From Lepidodermella squamata (Eukaryota; Animalia; Gastrotricha): DNA of 64,000 bases. Position 1 is the stretch's first letter. Each line of letters begins with the position of its first letter. The translations under genes were made by a program, and so were the position numbers. Where the stretch lies: the NCBI GenBank assembly GCA_047495785.1, contig JBLDXI010000028.1, positions 992,001 through 1,056,000 on the forward strand. Reading direction: 5' to 3'. A model generated the notes under the pieces. It did not search any database. It was not told where the DNA came from and saw only the letters and a program-made list of their open reading frames with translations. Of this stretch, positions 1-12,904 are shown one piece after another.

Positions 1-403
1 AAAACTTGAAGTTCATTATTGTGAACAATTTCGACCAAAATAAAATTCGTACAATTCGACGGTTGTCTTATATGTAAATTTAACAAAAAAATATTTTAAA
101 AATTCTAAAAAATCTGATATTAAATGGTGCGTTAATTCGCGCTGTTCTTATACCTTCAAATAATGTTCATATTTCTCGTTGTCATTTTCAAGCATTTTTA
201 CGTCTAAAAATGTGTACATTGCTCTCATTGATTTTTCAGTAAAATAATGACTGCCTACATTTCCGCGTTTACTTTTTATTTTACCTGTCATTCCGATTCG
301 TCCATTCTATTTTATATGTTTCATAGTGGATTAGCATTTCCATAATTTCCTCAGGCCATAAGATCAGGAATCGACTAAATTTTAAACATTTCCCTCTTAA
401 CTA

Positions 404-741
404 CCGTACTGCCCGGAACAAAAACCATGACATTTGTTTTTTTCAAACGCTGATGAACCCCTGACATTTATTTATTTTAGTAACTTGCCTGGGTACCAAA
501 ATGGCATATATTTTCCTGAGATTCTAAGTATTTTGACCCAAAAAATTGGTCGCTGACCTTTCTATAAGCCAAGAGTAGAAATTATCTCCATTCAGAATGG
601 CTATAATGACCTCATTAGTGATCTTCAGTATAGTCCCTGCAATTGACCTGACATTTATTTCGGGCCTGACATTTATTATTTCGAACGACCTCTAACCTCT
701 GACATTTATTTGAGGCTGGCTTTTTTTTTCGGGCAGTACGG
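404..741. mobile_element. Tc1/mariner-pogo-type MITE in a CEP120 intron
   Basis: Terminal inverted repeats CCGTACTGCCCG...CGGGCAGTACGG with TA on both sides (402-403, 742-743); internal CTGACATTTATT repeats. Confidence 0.8.
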
Positions 742-1047
742 TATACTCTCTTCAGTAGCATTACTTACAAGGCACCCTTTATTGTGTGTACATTGCTGAT
801 ATCATCATGAAATGTTATAATCCCGATTCCTCATTCCCACTATCAGATACAAGCTACGAGATTTAGTTATTTGAACAAATAAACTGAGAAATCGGTGTTT
901 TAAACTGAGAAATGGGCACACCGGAAATCTAGTGACATTTCAGTCCCATCAACTGAATAGACCACGCAGTAGGTAATCTCTGCTTTGCATTCAAGGTGCA
1001 TACTCGCATTTTAAAAGCCTAATCGGATTATAATTGTTGGGGCTTAC

Positions 1048-2619
1048 CGGTGTGGCCGAGCCTTTCGATTGGCTCCACAACTGCAGTTTGACTTCGTGTT
1101 TACCGAGCACGGACGCGATGCGGTCAGCGCGTGACGCGAATTCGACGACGAAGCGGCTGAACGAGAGCGGCACGGGCACGCCGGCGGTAATCAGCTCAAC
1201 CGGCGGCTGAGTCGTAAGTGACGTCGGCTCGCCTTCCGCTGTCAGGAACAGCCCGCACGAGCAGCACAGGGTGACACTTGACAGCGCTTGCGCGCCCTCG
1301 GCTAGCGTAACTGACCCGAGTTCAACTGCGAGTTCAAAGTGCGACAGGTTCGACTGCTTACGCAGCGCTTGAGCAATAGGCGCGGCGGGCGAAGGACTTT
1401 TCACATTACTATAATTGCTACAGAAAAAAAATTAAATAAAAAAATCGAAGATTCAAATCGAAAATTATTTACCTGTTATTCAAATCACTCTTTTGCGTCT
1501 CCATCTGAGCAGGTGTTTTCCTCATTACCGGTGATGCCGAGGCACTACCCGACGTAAGCGGTGCGTCGAGTTTAAACGAAATTGTCAGACCAACAACAGG
1601 CTGCAGATCATTAGGCAGATGAGACAATTTGGTCTGAGTGTCCTTGGGCGGATTTAAGCGGTAGAGTCTGTCGACAACAACCGGCCTTGTTTCCAGCTCG
1701 TGAATATTTGATGGCAATATATCGGTCAGGCATAGTTGCGCTGTTCCTATAGGAACGGCGAGGTCGACACAATACAGGCCAACTTGAAACGGAGGTTGTT
1801 TGTTGAAGTAATGGCGTATTGCTTCCAGGCTGCTTCGAACGCGCACCGAAGTGCGCTCCGGAAGAAAATTAGCTTCTTGAATGTTACTGAAATGCTCCGT
1901 TGCAATATTACAACCGAAAAGGTTATATAAAAAGAAGAATCGTCGACCGGGAGCTAAGAAGTCTGTAACTTGGTCTGGAGGCATAAGAGATAGCAGATGC
2001 GAGGCAGAAGCAACAGTAATCGATAAGCAAAAAGTAATGTTGCATTTATCAGCAGGGCCCAGCTGATAGTAGTCTCCATTGTCAGTGTGCCAAATCGGCT
2101 TTAATTCTTTAAAATTAGCAGGGCTTGCGACCGCCCCAGCGCGGTTCGCTGTCGGGGCGTCAGGTTGATCCTCCAAATAAATGCCAATTTTCAACTCAGG
2201 TTTCGCTTTGGGATATCGACAGTGCAGCAAAGGGTACCATTTAATATTTGGCTTGTTAGAATGAGCATGGTGTAGATCGATCACGTTGTAGCCGATCAAC
2301 TCTCGAACTGAGGATCTGGTATCGACAGCAAAGACCTGCACTTTGATTATCGATCGCTGAATGCGATGCTCATGTAGGCTCTTTTTGTCCATCTCCCAAG
2401 CCAGTTCTTGATGAAACTCAGGGCTGGCTTCATGGTCTACTTCGTCAGTAACCAGAATTTCACCGCCAAACTTGGCTTCGACAACAATCTTGTGATGCGG
2501 CCGAGATGGAAAGCTACGGCCTAAAACGATGATTTTTTGATAAAGAAAGGTTATCGAGTTATCAATAATATACCTTCGACAATGCTTGCGACCAGAAGAA
2601 ATTGAGTATTCAGCTTCAT
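1048..2619 (-). CDS. CEP120: Centrosomal protein CEP120, 5' part (three C2 domains); runs off the left edge of the window
   Basis: Exons 2619-2574, 2520-1473, 1417-1048 with GT-AG introns. Spliced N-terminus [36 protein letters not shown]...ELAWEMDKKSLHEHRIQR closely matches CEP120 C2A; WYPLL and FLPERTSVRVRSS motifs follow. Confidence 0.92.
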
Positions 2620-3042
2620 TTAATCTTTCTAAATTATCTATCAAAATAATCGAATTCAGTTATTCCTAAGCAAATGGCGTGGATTTTGTATTCAAAACCC
2701 AACATCGCTGATGAACATCTAACAAGTGCCTAATCAATTTCTGATTTCTGATTATAACTAGAGCAGAAGATGTTTGAATAGTGGTTTAAAGGCGTAGTGA
2801 GTAAGTCAAATATCAAAACTGTCCACCGTGAGTTGCGAGCAAGCATAATCATTACGACTAATAATATATTAATTTATTACAAATGTCGCTGCAACTGAGC
2901 ACAGTCAAGCAAGTCTGGATGCATAGCACAAGCAATAGTTGCAACAACATGGGCGGTTTTTCAAGCTCAGTCTTGAGCAATTGCCGATGATTATCAAGTG
3001 GAGTACAGAAAAATTGCGAATGTCTTAGTTCCTGATAGTGTC

Positions 3043-3213
3043 GAAACACTGTGGATCTGGGCAAACAAATGCAACCTCAGTACAGGAAGAAGCCCAGACG
3101 GGGATCGAACCCGCGACCTTCTGTTTACAACACAGATGCTCTACCACTAAGCAGTAATCCCAGAAACACTGTGGATCTGGGCAAACAAATGCAACCTCAG
3201 TACAGGAAGAAGC
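3043..3213. repeat. Exact 51-bp direct repeat (3043-3093, 3163-3213) around a tRNA fragment
   Basis: GAAACACTGTGGATCTGGGCAAACAAATGCAACCTCAGTACAGGAAGAAGC occurs twice at 120-bp spacing. Confidence 0.9.
3091..3152 (-). pseudogene. 5'-truncated tRNA-Thr(TGT)-like sequence
   Basis: Minus strand GCTTAGTGGTAGAGCATCTGT-GTTGTAA-ACAGAAGGTCGCGGGTTCGATCCCCGTCTGGGCT has D arm, anticodon arm and T arm, but no matching 5' acceptor strand. Confidence 0.65.
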
Positions 3214-3590
3214 TAATCAATTTTCAAATTTTGATTTTGCGCGCCATTTGTGTTTTGGTCAGCTGACTTTTTGTTGAACATGCATAAAAATAGGCGAAAA
3301 CAATTTATAATTATTTATGTTATTTTATTAAATTACTATGATAAAAATAAAACCGCAAAAAACATCATTCAGTCACGCGGTCGACGATTCGACCGGATTT
3401 TCAAGCGTGTTGTAAGAATCCAACGAAACTGCGCTCAAATACATGTTGAAATGCAGGAACAGTGGTTGCTCGTATGCCCTTTACTATGTTATGGGTGAAT
3501 GTAAGCTTCTTTTACCTGGCTTTTCAGACTAGATTTTTCATTTGCGATGGTTCAGTGTCCTCTCCTTTTCTATCACTTAGAGGTAATATT

Positions 3591-4796
3591 ATGAAGAGGT
3601 TAAGTGATAACTTGGATGAAGATCACAATGTTCCTGCGTCAGAGCGACGCTTGAAAGCTGCTAAGAAGTATGTCGAAGATTTATATAGCTCAAATCTAGC
3701 TTCAACTGATGGCGAAGACGGTGCTGTGCAAGATAAAATTCATAAGAAGTTACGGCAAGATGTTCTCGAGAGCTCTGGTAAACTCAAGAAAGAAGTCGCC
3801 GCGTCTACCGGTTCTGCCTCTGTAGTTAGGACCATTCGAAAGCACAAAGCTGCAGTTACTAGCTGCACTTTTTCTGCTGATAATCGTCATGTGATCAGCT
3901 CTTGCAAGCAAGGCCTTGTTGTGAAGTGTGATGTTGAAACTGGAGCTAAAATTGCTGGTACTACTCTGTCCTCATCTTGCCTCACAATGTCTCTCACATC
4001 AGATGGTCGCTATTTAGCAGCTGGAACTTCAAAGGGGGAACTTGTTTTAATGGAAGGGGATTCTTTGCGCGTTGTTAAAACTTTCCAGGCCCACCGAGGT
4101 TCAGTGAATGGCATGTGCTTTCGTTCGGGTACCCATCAGCTGTACACGGGCGGCGCTGATAAACTTGTCAAAGTGTGGGAACCTGATCATGGTGGCTTTA
4201 TTGAAGTTCTTTGTGGTCATACGGCTGAAGTTTCTAGCGTCAGTTGTTTGGTTCGAGAGCGGCCTCTTACTGCGGGTGGTCAAGATTCGTCTCTTCGAAT
4301 CTGGAAACTCGTCGAAGAGTCGCAACTTGTTTACAATATTCCTTCCATCAGTTGTTGTGTTGATTGTTGTTCTTACATTGACGATTCTCATTTTCTGAGT
4401 GGCTCCACCGATGGAGCCTTATCACTCTGGGCTACTAATAATAAACAACCAATATATTCCGTCAAAAACGCTCATGGTGCAAATGGAGCTGCGAGTTGGC
4501 TTTCTAGCGTAGCGGCTCATCCTTATTCAGACATTGCTGCTTCAGGGGCAGCTGATGGCTTCGTCAGACTGTGGCAGGTAAAATATTCGACTGCTAAAAA
4601 ATCAGATGGCGGTGCTAACGAGATGCTGAGGGAGATCTGCAAAGTTCCCATTCCTGGCTGCATCAACGCGCTCAACTTTTCGAATGACTGCTCACTTTTA
4701 GCGGCCGGTGTTGGCCGCGAGTTCAGATTTGGTCGATGGACTGTGCCGAAAGAAGCGAAGAATTCAATCGCATTGATTAAACTTGTCAAAGGCTAA
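3591..4796 (+). CDS. RRP9: U3 snoRNP WD40 protein Rrp9 (U3-55K); start codon uncertain
   Basis: ASERRLKAAKKYVEDL N-terminal motif, WD40 repeats, WKLVEESQLVY and C-terminal AGVGREFRFGRW, all typical of Rrp9. Confidence 0.9.
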   Translation: MKRLSDNLDEDHNVPASERRLKAAKKYVEDLYSSNLASTDGEDGAVQDKIHKKLRQDVLESSGKLKKEVAASTGSASVVRTIRKHKAAVTSCTFSADNRHVISSCKQGLVVKCDVETGAKIAGTTLSSSCLTMSLTSDGRYLAAGTSKGELVLMEGDSLRVVKTFQAHRGSVNGMCFRSGTHQLYTGGADKLVKVWEPDHGGFIEVLCGHTAEVSSVSCLVRERPLTAGGQDSSLRIWKLVEESQLVYNIPSISCCVDCCSYIDDSHFLSGSTDGALSLWATNNKQPIYSVKNAHGANGAASWLSSVAAHPYSDIAASGAADGFVRLWQVKYSTAKKSDGGANEMLREICKVPIPGCINALNFSNDCSLLAAGVGREFRFGRWTVPKEAKNSIALIKLVKG

Positions 4797-4901
4797 TAAT
4801 AATAATTTGCGTAGCGAGCGTTTTATAAATGAAATTGTGAATGTTTCTTTTAATTTGATGATTATTTTCTCGCGGATATAGACTTTAATTAGTCGACAAG
4901 A

Positions 4902-5476
<575 letters not shown>

Positions 5477-7455
5477 ATGGGGAAACCTAATTTTTAAATT
5501 GTGGTCTATTGAGAAGATTGCGAAGTGAAATAAAAGAAAACGGAATGAGACGCTACACATCGTGGTTTTTTTCATTCATAGTTCATTCAATCAAGATAAA
5601 GTAGTTTTTCGTTAAGCTGGACTTGATCCGTGCCAGACGATTAGTCCGGCACATGGTGCATTCCTTTACAAATTAGCCAAGAATGCCAGCGCTATACTGT
5701 GATGAAGATATTTAAAGGTTGAAAGATTTCGAATATCGAGCTGGACTCTTGGAGTTGCAAGCGCAAACAGTTATTTTCCAAGGCTGCAATTATTTTTCTG
5801 TTAAAGCCACTCAAACGCAGGGTGGAGAGGGTTTTCATGCTCTCTAGGTGAAAATTATATGCATTCACTAAACATCAGTCCGTTATAACGCAAGTCCGGC
5901 TTATCGCAGTCAGTCCGATCGTCCGGCTAAACGCAAAACTGATGTATATGTAATGAATGAATTCAACAATTCAGTTTGAGATAGGGGGTAAATGTTTGAT
6001 GATTTCAATAGTTTGATAATGAAGTTAGCAAGGATATCATTTAGTGCGAAAGCTGATCGATAAGGCTCAGAACTTCAGGCTACACTTGCATCACTTCGAA
6101 AAAATATTTGCCTCATATCGTCAAAGGTAAATACAAACATGTACCTATTTCCGCCATCAGCAACGCAATTGCTTCATTAAGAATTCAATACACGAGACTG
6201 ATCGTATGCGTAATATTTTTGGAATCGAGGCACCGCTAGTCGATATTTGCAGTACAGCAAGCCGCCGCTTTACTCATGCATACTATTAGCCCCTAGGGGA
6301 CCTCAGAAAACTGGTGGGAAAAATTCTCTGACAATTTGAAACGCTGAAAAATGGATGCGCTTATATCTTATGCTGAGATGCTGTTTTGCTACTGCTCTCA
6401 GAAAAACAGTTGCGGTTTTCAAAACCACATAATTTGAGCTGTAATTACAGATTTGGGGATGGATGCCGCTCTACTTCCTTCACGCCTTCACCTCGAATTT
6501 CCGACCACAATTCCACCTGACCTTATATTTCAGAACCGTCATGCGAACTCAACTCAGGAGCTTTCATTCAGGGTGGCTTGGTCAGAAAATTTCGCTCGAA
6601 AATGTTATTAATACCTAGCGATGTTGAATCTGGACGCTGAGTCGCTGAAATAATTGACAGAAGTGACGTGAAAAAATGAAATCAACAAAATCCTCGATTT
6701 ATTCCTGTTTTCAAAGATGAAGAGTAACCCACTTCAAGGTGCCTAAAAGATACGCGTCTCGGCCGAAGGAAAACACGAATGCAAGAATAATAACAAGAAT
6801 AATAATACAATAGAATAAGAAAACGATTTCAAGGCATCCCACTGCTTTGGCGTGTTTTTATAATATTTACCAACATCACATTTCCGCTTTCAAATTTCGT
6901 AAATTTCAACCAAAACTTCGAGAGAAAAGAAGCATATTTCAATTGCCGAAATAATTAGCACGCAAATTCATTGGTGTGTGAACTTCCAAGACTGACTCAT
7001 GTTATAGCAATTTAGCGCGACAACCTCGGGTTATCGCCATTATAATATTTGCAACAGATATAGCGCGAGTTGAGAAGATAATACAACGGTAAATGGCAGC
7101 TCTATGACAGACTGTTTATTATCAGTAGTAGAAAAGAAAAAAACGCGGCGAAAAAAGGTTATTTTTCTACGTCGGCGTATGGCTGCTAGTTTTATCAAGC
7201 CAGTAACAGTTTACAACGAAAATTATGCAAAATTTCTGGAAGCCTAATTTTTTTGACAAATTTTCAGACAAGACAAAAGCAGTGCGAGGCCACACGAGCG
7301 GATTGTTTATTGATAAATTCATTATTTTTTCGCATTATTGAATAATACGCACACGGGTTGATTATATTGGCGAAAGCAGCGTGAGAGAAAAAATTGAGGT
7401 GATTTTATTGAATTCAATTTTCGCCTCGAACGTAACGGGGGTCAGTCATCGATCA

Positions 7456-8986
7456 TCACCGCGGCATTTTGACGAGCCACGCGACGACCTTGAATACAAC
7501 ATAGCCGAACACGAGGGTGCCGTAGAAGAGCTCGCGGTTCGCGCGGCGGCGGTTCTCGTCCTCGAGCCAGTCGACGCGCCGCGCCAGACGCACCATTTGC
7601 CGCCGCAGCTTCGTATCGTCGTCCTCGCAGCCGGACAACGCAGCAGTCGACAGTTGGCTGTCATTACGGCGCATGCGACCTATTAATAACAACAAATGAG
7701 TAAAAATAGCAATCGAAAAATTCTGAATTATAAGAAAATCAGACAATTTTGAATCGGAAATCTGATGGTGAAAATGAAAAGCATTTTATGGAACCCACTT
7801 TTATATAAAAAACCAAATATAAATAGATATGGGTGACCAATAAAAATTCGAGGGAAATTCAATTAAAATTATCAAAGACAAGAAAAACCCTCCCAAATTC
7901 GGGTTTGATTTTCAGAGTGAAATCTGAAAAAAATTCAACAAAAATGACCGAATTAATCAGAATTAACCGATGTTGATATTCAGCTTCATTTTAGGTATAG
8001 GTCTCACCCCCTTAATCCATTTTTGAAATGGGAGCTATTTTTTCATTCATTTTCAGCAGGGAAAAGTCATTTTCATCCTTATTTTTGAGTAAAAAAATAG
8101 TTAACACCACATTTTCCGAGGGGTAATTTGAGATCATAACTCACCATTATTTTCTTATCCTTCACGTTAAGCTACTCAACATGCGATTATTAGATCAAGG
8201 AAAGCCAGTGAAATCATGGGAAATTTTAATTTTCTCAAATTTGACCAAGATAAAAGTCCAGAGGCTTGTTAATTAGGGTTTGATACGCCCACGTAATTAT
8301 CAATCCTTATCATGCAAAATTAGCACGAATAATTTTTTTAGCTTTGCACTGATTTCAGACATAAATCATACTATTATCAAATTCTATAAAGATTAATTAA
8401 TCGGTAAATTTTGAAGGAAAAGTTCAAGCAGGTAATTTTCGGATAAAATTAGTAGGAAAAAGCGGTAAAAGGGGCGCGAACCTGAGCCGGTTGGGGTTTC
8501 CGCCTCGGATAGGGATTTCGAATATTGCCTACCAGTTGGCGCGTCATCATCGTCGTCCGTCTGCTGCGCCTGAGCCGTTCGTTCGAGATAAGTGTCCACA
8601 GTCAGAGTGCGCGGTGGGGTCGGAAGAGCCACGAAACTCGCCTGCTGCGAATCGCCATTCAACGCCATACCAGCAGCGCCTGAAGCAGAAGCAGTTGCCA
8701 CGGTCAGCATGTCCGAAAGTGGCCTGGGTTCAGGCCGGAGGGCGAGGTGTTGATTGAAGCCACCGACGACAATTTTCTCCGGAACAGCCATGTCGTGGAG
8801 CATTTTCTTCGTGGTCTCGGTTGTGCCGTTTTGAAGCGTGGTCGCCGCTTGTTGCGACGAAACAGGTCCGTTACTCTGCGGGTTGGGGCCGATTGAAAGA
8901 CGATCCGGTACTCGCATTCTACGGCTTATTTCCACCGTATAATGCGGATCGAACGACTCATATTTTTCATTAGGAGCAACGTCCAT
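7456..8986 (-). CDS. MFF: Mitochondrial fission factor (Mff/Tango11 family), at least 2 exons
   Basis: Exon 8986-8482 has YTVEISRRMRVPDRL, MAVPEKIVV and TPPRTLTV. Exon 7679-7456 has the coiled coil LRRQMVRLARRVDWLEDENRRRANRE and a tail anchor. Confidence 0.9.
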
Positions 8987-9858
8987 GTTTTTTCTAAAGA
9001 TAGAAAAAAAATTTGCATATTTTTGTCCAAACATGATATCATCATCACTTTTTTTTATTAAGTTGTTGTTTTCATCAAGTCTACATACCGATAAAAGAAA
9101 AGCGCATAAATCACACAAGTAGATTATTTCAAGTGACATATCGATGCATTGTGGCCATGTATCAATCCATTCATCTCATCAACATCATCCGAAATAACAA
9201 TAATAATAAAGTTAGCATTAGGTATGGGGCCTGCTGAATGATGTAGAAAATTTTTCACAAAGCTTAACTTGTTCGTTACATATCACTTTTTTGATAGTAT
9301 TTTTACCCATGCGAATTCGATTCTAGCTATAGCGACTAGTTGCATTTATTTTCATTTCCCAGCTACTAAAACGAAATAAAACTTGACGGCGGTAAAAAGA
9401 TGAACTGAGTGGTCAAGAGTTTTCGCAATGACTTGAAAAGCAACTAGGTATAACAAGCAGGCACAAAAGCAATACCCCACACAAAGCAGAGAAGGGAATT
9501 ATCAAATATATTTTTCTTCATTTTATACATACACAGCAGGTTGAAACGCAGAATGCACCGTGCATGTTTGTTTTCCATTCAGGTGAAATGTAACTTTCTA
9601 ATTAAGGCTGTGATAAAACTGACCATAGGTAAAAGCGTCGATCGCAACGAACAATACCGGGCGGAAATAGTGATGGAACAGCAAACTAGGAGTTTTCATC
9701 TAGGACAGCACCTACTAATAATAGGTTTAATCAACACGTGATGATACACACAGAATTAACGCAAGTAGTGAAAACAGCAGAGAAAAATCGCGTCACACAA
9801 ATTGATGATAATATTGAATAATAACGAATATAGATAACTAAATTGAACTCGGCAATAA

Positions 9859-11043
9859 CTACGCTTTGGCGCCTCGTTGGCGAACGTTGTCGCCACCCTT
9901 CTTGATCATCGCCTCGCTGGCGTCGCCGCCTTCGTTCTCCTGTGCTAGCAGCTTCTTCTGGTGGCGTTTCTCGAAGAAGAGAATAATACCGCAGAGGATG
10001 ACAACTTCGGCGCAAATGCCAAGGAAAGGCCAGAGAGGCGCCAACTTGTCTTTCACCCGGATCTGAAGAGTACCCTCGGCATTCACGCGGTCAGTGCCAC
10101 CAAAGGCAGTGACGTTATAAAGATTGCTATCTTCGAGCATTGGCTTAGCCAACACAATGCGGATTTTGTGCTCATTTGTCAAGCAAGTGACAGTGAAACG
10201 ATCGCCAAGGTCTTTCTTCTCACTAGCTTTATCGTCAAGGAGCGAGACTTTGCAATCGCTGAACGGCCAGCCGACAACGGTGCACTTGAATGAGCAAAAC
10301 TCGCTATCAGCAATGCAGTTCGAGCCAGCTGTGCTTGCGCAGTCCTTGATTTCGAGCTTGTTCGAAGAAACGTCATGAACGGCAGAAGCCAACACAGCGC
10401 CATTGGAACGCAGTTCAAAAGTGTAGCGGCCAGGAGCAAGAGCTGTGTTAGCCTTAGGAGTTAGCTTGAAGCAGTACCTGAGCTCATTATTGTCAGAGGC
10501 AGCTGAACAGTTACGGTTGATCTCGGCCTGGGCGTCCTCTTTGGCGCTGGCAGGCAATACGAGGTGAATAAATGTCTTATCATTGTCGTCCAAATCTTTA
10601 ACACCATCGAGGAAAGCACGGGGAATGTCTAGTTGAATAGATAGACCGTCCTTTGATTGACGCTTAGCCTCAACGGCAAAGAATTTTCTAGAGGTGTCAC
10701 CGCATTTGACGTCAAAAGATCCCTTTTCCTGAGGAGTAACTGTGACGTTGATGCTGCTAGTCTTACGGCCATTATTGGTTGCCGTGCTGCCACCGAATTC
10801 GCTTGCGCCGAAACCGTTGCCGGCAAGATTGCCGCTAGATGTAGCTTCAAATTTAACAGGTGACTTGTTGCCTGCTGCCAGAGTGAGAGCGTGTTCACCG
10901 CCATCAACCATCTCGCATTGAATTTTCAATTCGTCACCAATTGTGATGACCGTATTATTGGGGGCGACAGTTAGGGTGGATGCGCCATACGCAAACGCGC
11001 AGCAGCAAGCAAGTCCCAAAACTGAGAGAATACTCTTGATCAT
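9859..11043 (-). CDS. BSG: Basigin/neuroplastin-like Ig-superfamily membrane protein
   Basis: Signal peptide, Ig-like domains, transmembrane segment LAPLWPFLGICAEVVIL with the conserved Glu, FEKR juxtamembrane motif and C-terminal NVRQR. Confidence 0.88.
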   Translation of the reverse strand: MIKSILSVLGLACCCAFAYGASTLTVAPNNTVITIGDELKIQCEMVDGGEHALTLAAGNKSPVKFEATSSGNLAGNGFGASEFGGSTATNNGRKTSSINVTVTPQEKGSFDVKCGDTSRKFFAVEAKRQSKDGLSIQLDIPRAFLDGVKDLDDNDKTFIHLVLPASAKEDAQAEINRNCSAASDNNELRYCFKLTPKANTALAPGRYTFELRSNGAVLASAVHDVSSNKLEIKDCASTAGSNCIADSEFCSFKCTVVGWPFSDCKVSLLDDKASEKKDLGDRFTVTCLTNEHKIRIVLAKPMLEDSNLYNVTAFGGTDRVNAEGTLQIRVKDKLAPLWPFLGICAEVVILCGIILFFEKRHQKKLLAQENEGGDASEAMIKKGGDNVRQRGAKA

Positions 11044-12904
11044 CTTAAAAAATCTTCGAACCTAACAAATGAAACGACATTCAGATAAACTTGAAAGAGC
11101 AAGGTTTAAGCGATACGAAATATATTTGTAAGCAAGAGAGTAAAGCATTCATCCAAAGTGGCACAGCCCCTAGCGTTGAGGCTAAACTGGAGTTATTCAA
11201 GCACAGTTACAGCTGAAAATCTAAGTATTTGCCGGGCGGAGGTCAGTGGTACGTCAGAAGTTGTACACACAGGGGTCACGGAGCCGACTGCGGTACAAGT
11301 GACATCAGCAGCCTTCGGCAAATGTTGGGTCGCGCACGCCAAGTTGTCGTGGAAGGTGAATTCTCGGCGTTGTAAAAAATTATTCTTATCAAGTACTCCC
11401 ATGTCCCATGGCTTGCTTACTTGTGAGAGAAATTTTCAGGTACGGTCTCGGTTTACAAACGACCGTCGGCTCCTGCCTTGGCTGGGCCCCTGTGCTTAAG
11501 ATGTTCGCAATATCGAACCAAACGGAGTCGGGTGTGGGGAACCAGGACGTAGGCAATCCCATTGTGAACCTTCGGGTCTCTCCCCTGGTCAATGTTGTAC
11601 GATTGTACGATAACACCTAGTTTTTCCAAGAGGTTAGGCCGAGCGTTTTGCAGCCACTCTAATTTCCCGCTTAGGGCCCAGAAGCAGCAGGCGATCTCTG
11701 CTCGCTCTCTCTCCCTTCGAAATCCACTCATCACATATCATTTGCCGGGAATCACAAAAACGGGACGGGATTTTTTTGACTCACATAATTAAATAAATGT
11801 CAAGATCAACTTGAAAAACGATCTTTTCCATGAAATTAATTTTTTGCTTTTGAGAAACTTCTGTAAATGTTAAAATATAAAGTTTGCAAAATCGAAAAAA
11901 CGAAAAAATTCTACATACGCGAGAATACCGCGGGCAACCAACTTCTTTGCCGGCTTTTCGATCACAAAACGCGGCGTCGCGTCATGTCTCGTCGAATTGT
12001 GTGTTAGGTGTTTTAGAGATTTAGATATTAGCAAATAGCAAATAGCAAATAGCAAGCCTTACTGAATACCTCGTTGTAGCCACATCTTCGAAGTTATGCA
12101 GGTTCGTCGTTCAGCGGAGGGATTTTAAGCAACTGAGAACCGCCAGTCGCCAGTCGCTTCTGGTCAGCCAGACTGCACTGATACACTGACACACTGATTT
12201 ATTGTTGCAATTTGTCTCGCGACGTTAGCGATTAAAAAGGGTCGAGGCGCCTCACCACCGATATAGTATATTGTTCTAGGTTCTAGTTCACAGGCAATGT
12301 TTTTAGTATATTTTACAAAATTAAAATGAGAGCTATTTACGACCTCAGAGGGTATAGAATTCCACGCCGCACGCACACGTCGCACTGCATCGCCTTGGAG
12401 AGCGAGCTGATCAACATATAGGTGTCAAGCAATCCAGCAACACGAAGAATGTAGCTGGCGTTCTTGGATCATTGACCCATTTTGTGGAAGTTCGAACTCT
12501 TGCTCCGCAAGGTTCTGCATGTGGGCTGAGTCCTAGATCCACTTACGGTTGACTCCGCTAGCCAAAAGGGTGGTAGTAATTTGTCACGCTCCTTGTATGG
12601 AAGAGTCCATTCGAAGATTGGTCAGCGGATTGATATGCAAATCCTAGAAATAGCTCAACAGCCATGACCTCTCCACGTTTCTAATCACATCTGGAAGTAA
12701 TCTCTGGTAACGAAATTGAGGCTGTCATTTATAGACCTGACTTTAATAGTCTGCTGTTCCTACCGGGAAAACTCCCAACATCATCCCTCAATATGGAGTA
12801 GCGATGATTCTCCATAATTTCGGAATTCGTAGAAATAGACAGGATCGCTCAAATAATACGAATGAATCTATTTTAGATCTTGATATTGTTTATCAATTTA
12901 CAAA

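Noticed and set aside
3043-3213. Repeat-spacer-repeat resembling a CRISPR array
   Set aside because: Only two repeats, the spacer is a tRNA fragment, no cas genes, and the DNA is eukaryotic.
11193-11402. ORF with CTAVGS as an extra basigin Ig exon
   Set aside because: No conserved Trp or properly spaced second Cys, and basigin already has its own signal peptide at 11043.
11625-11680. Telomerase RNA template
   Set aside because: CCTAACCTC is not a full 1.5-repeat template and no pseudoknot could be established by eye.
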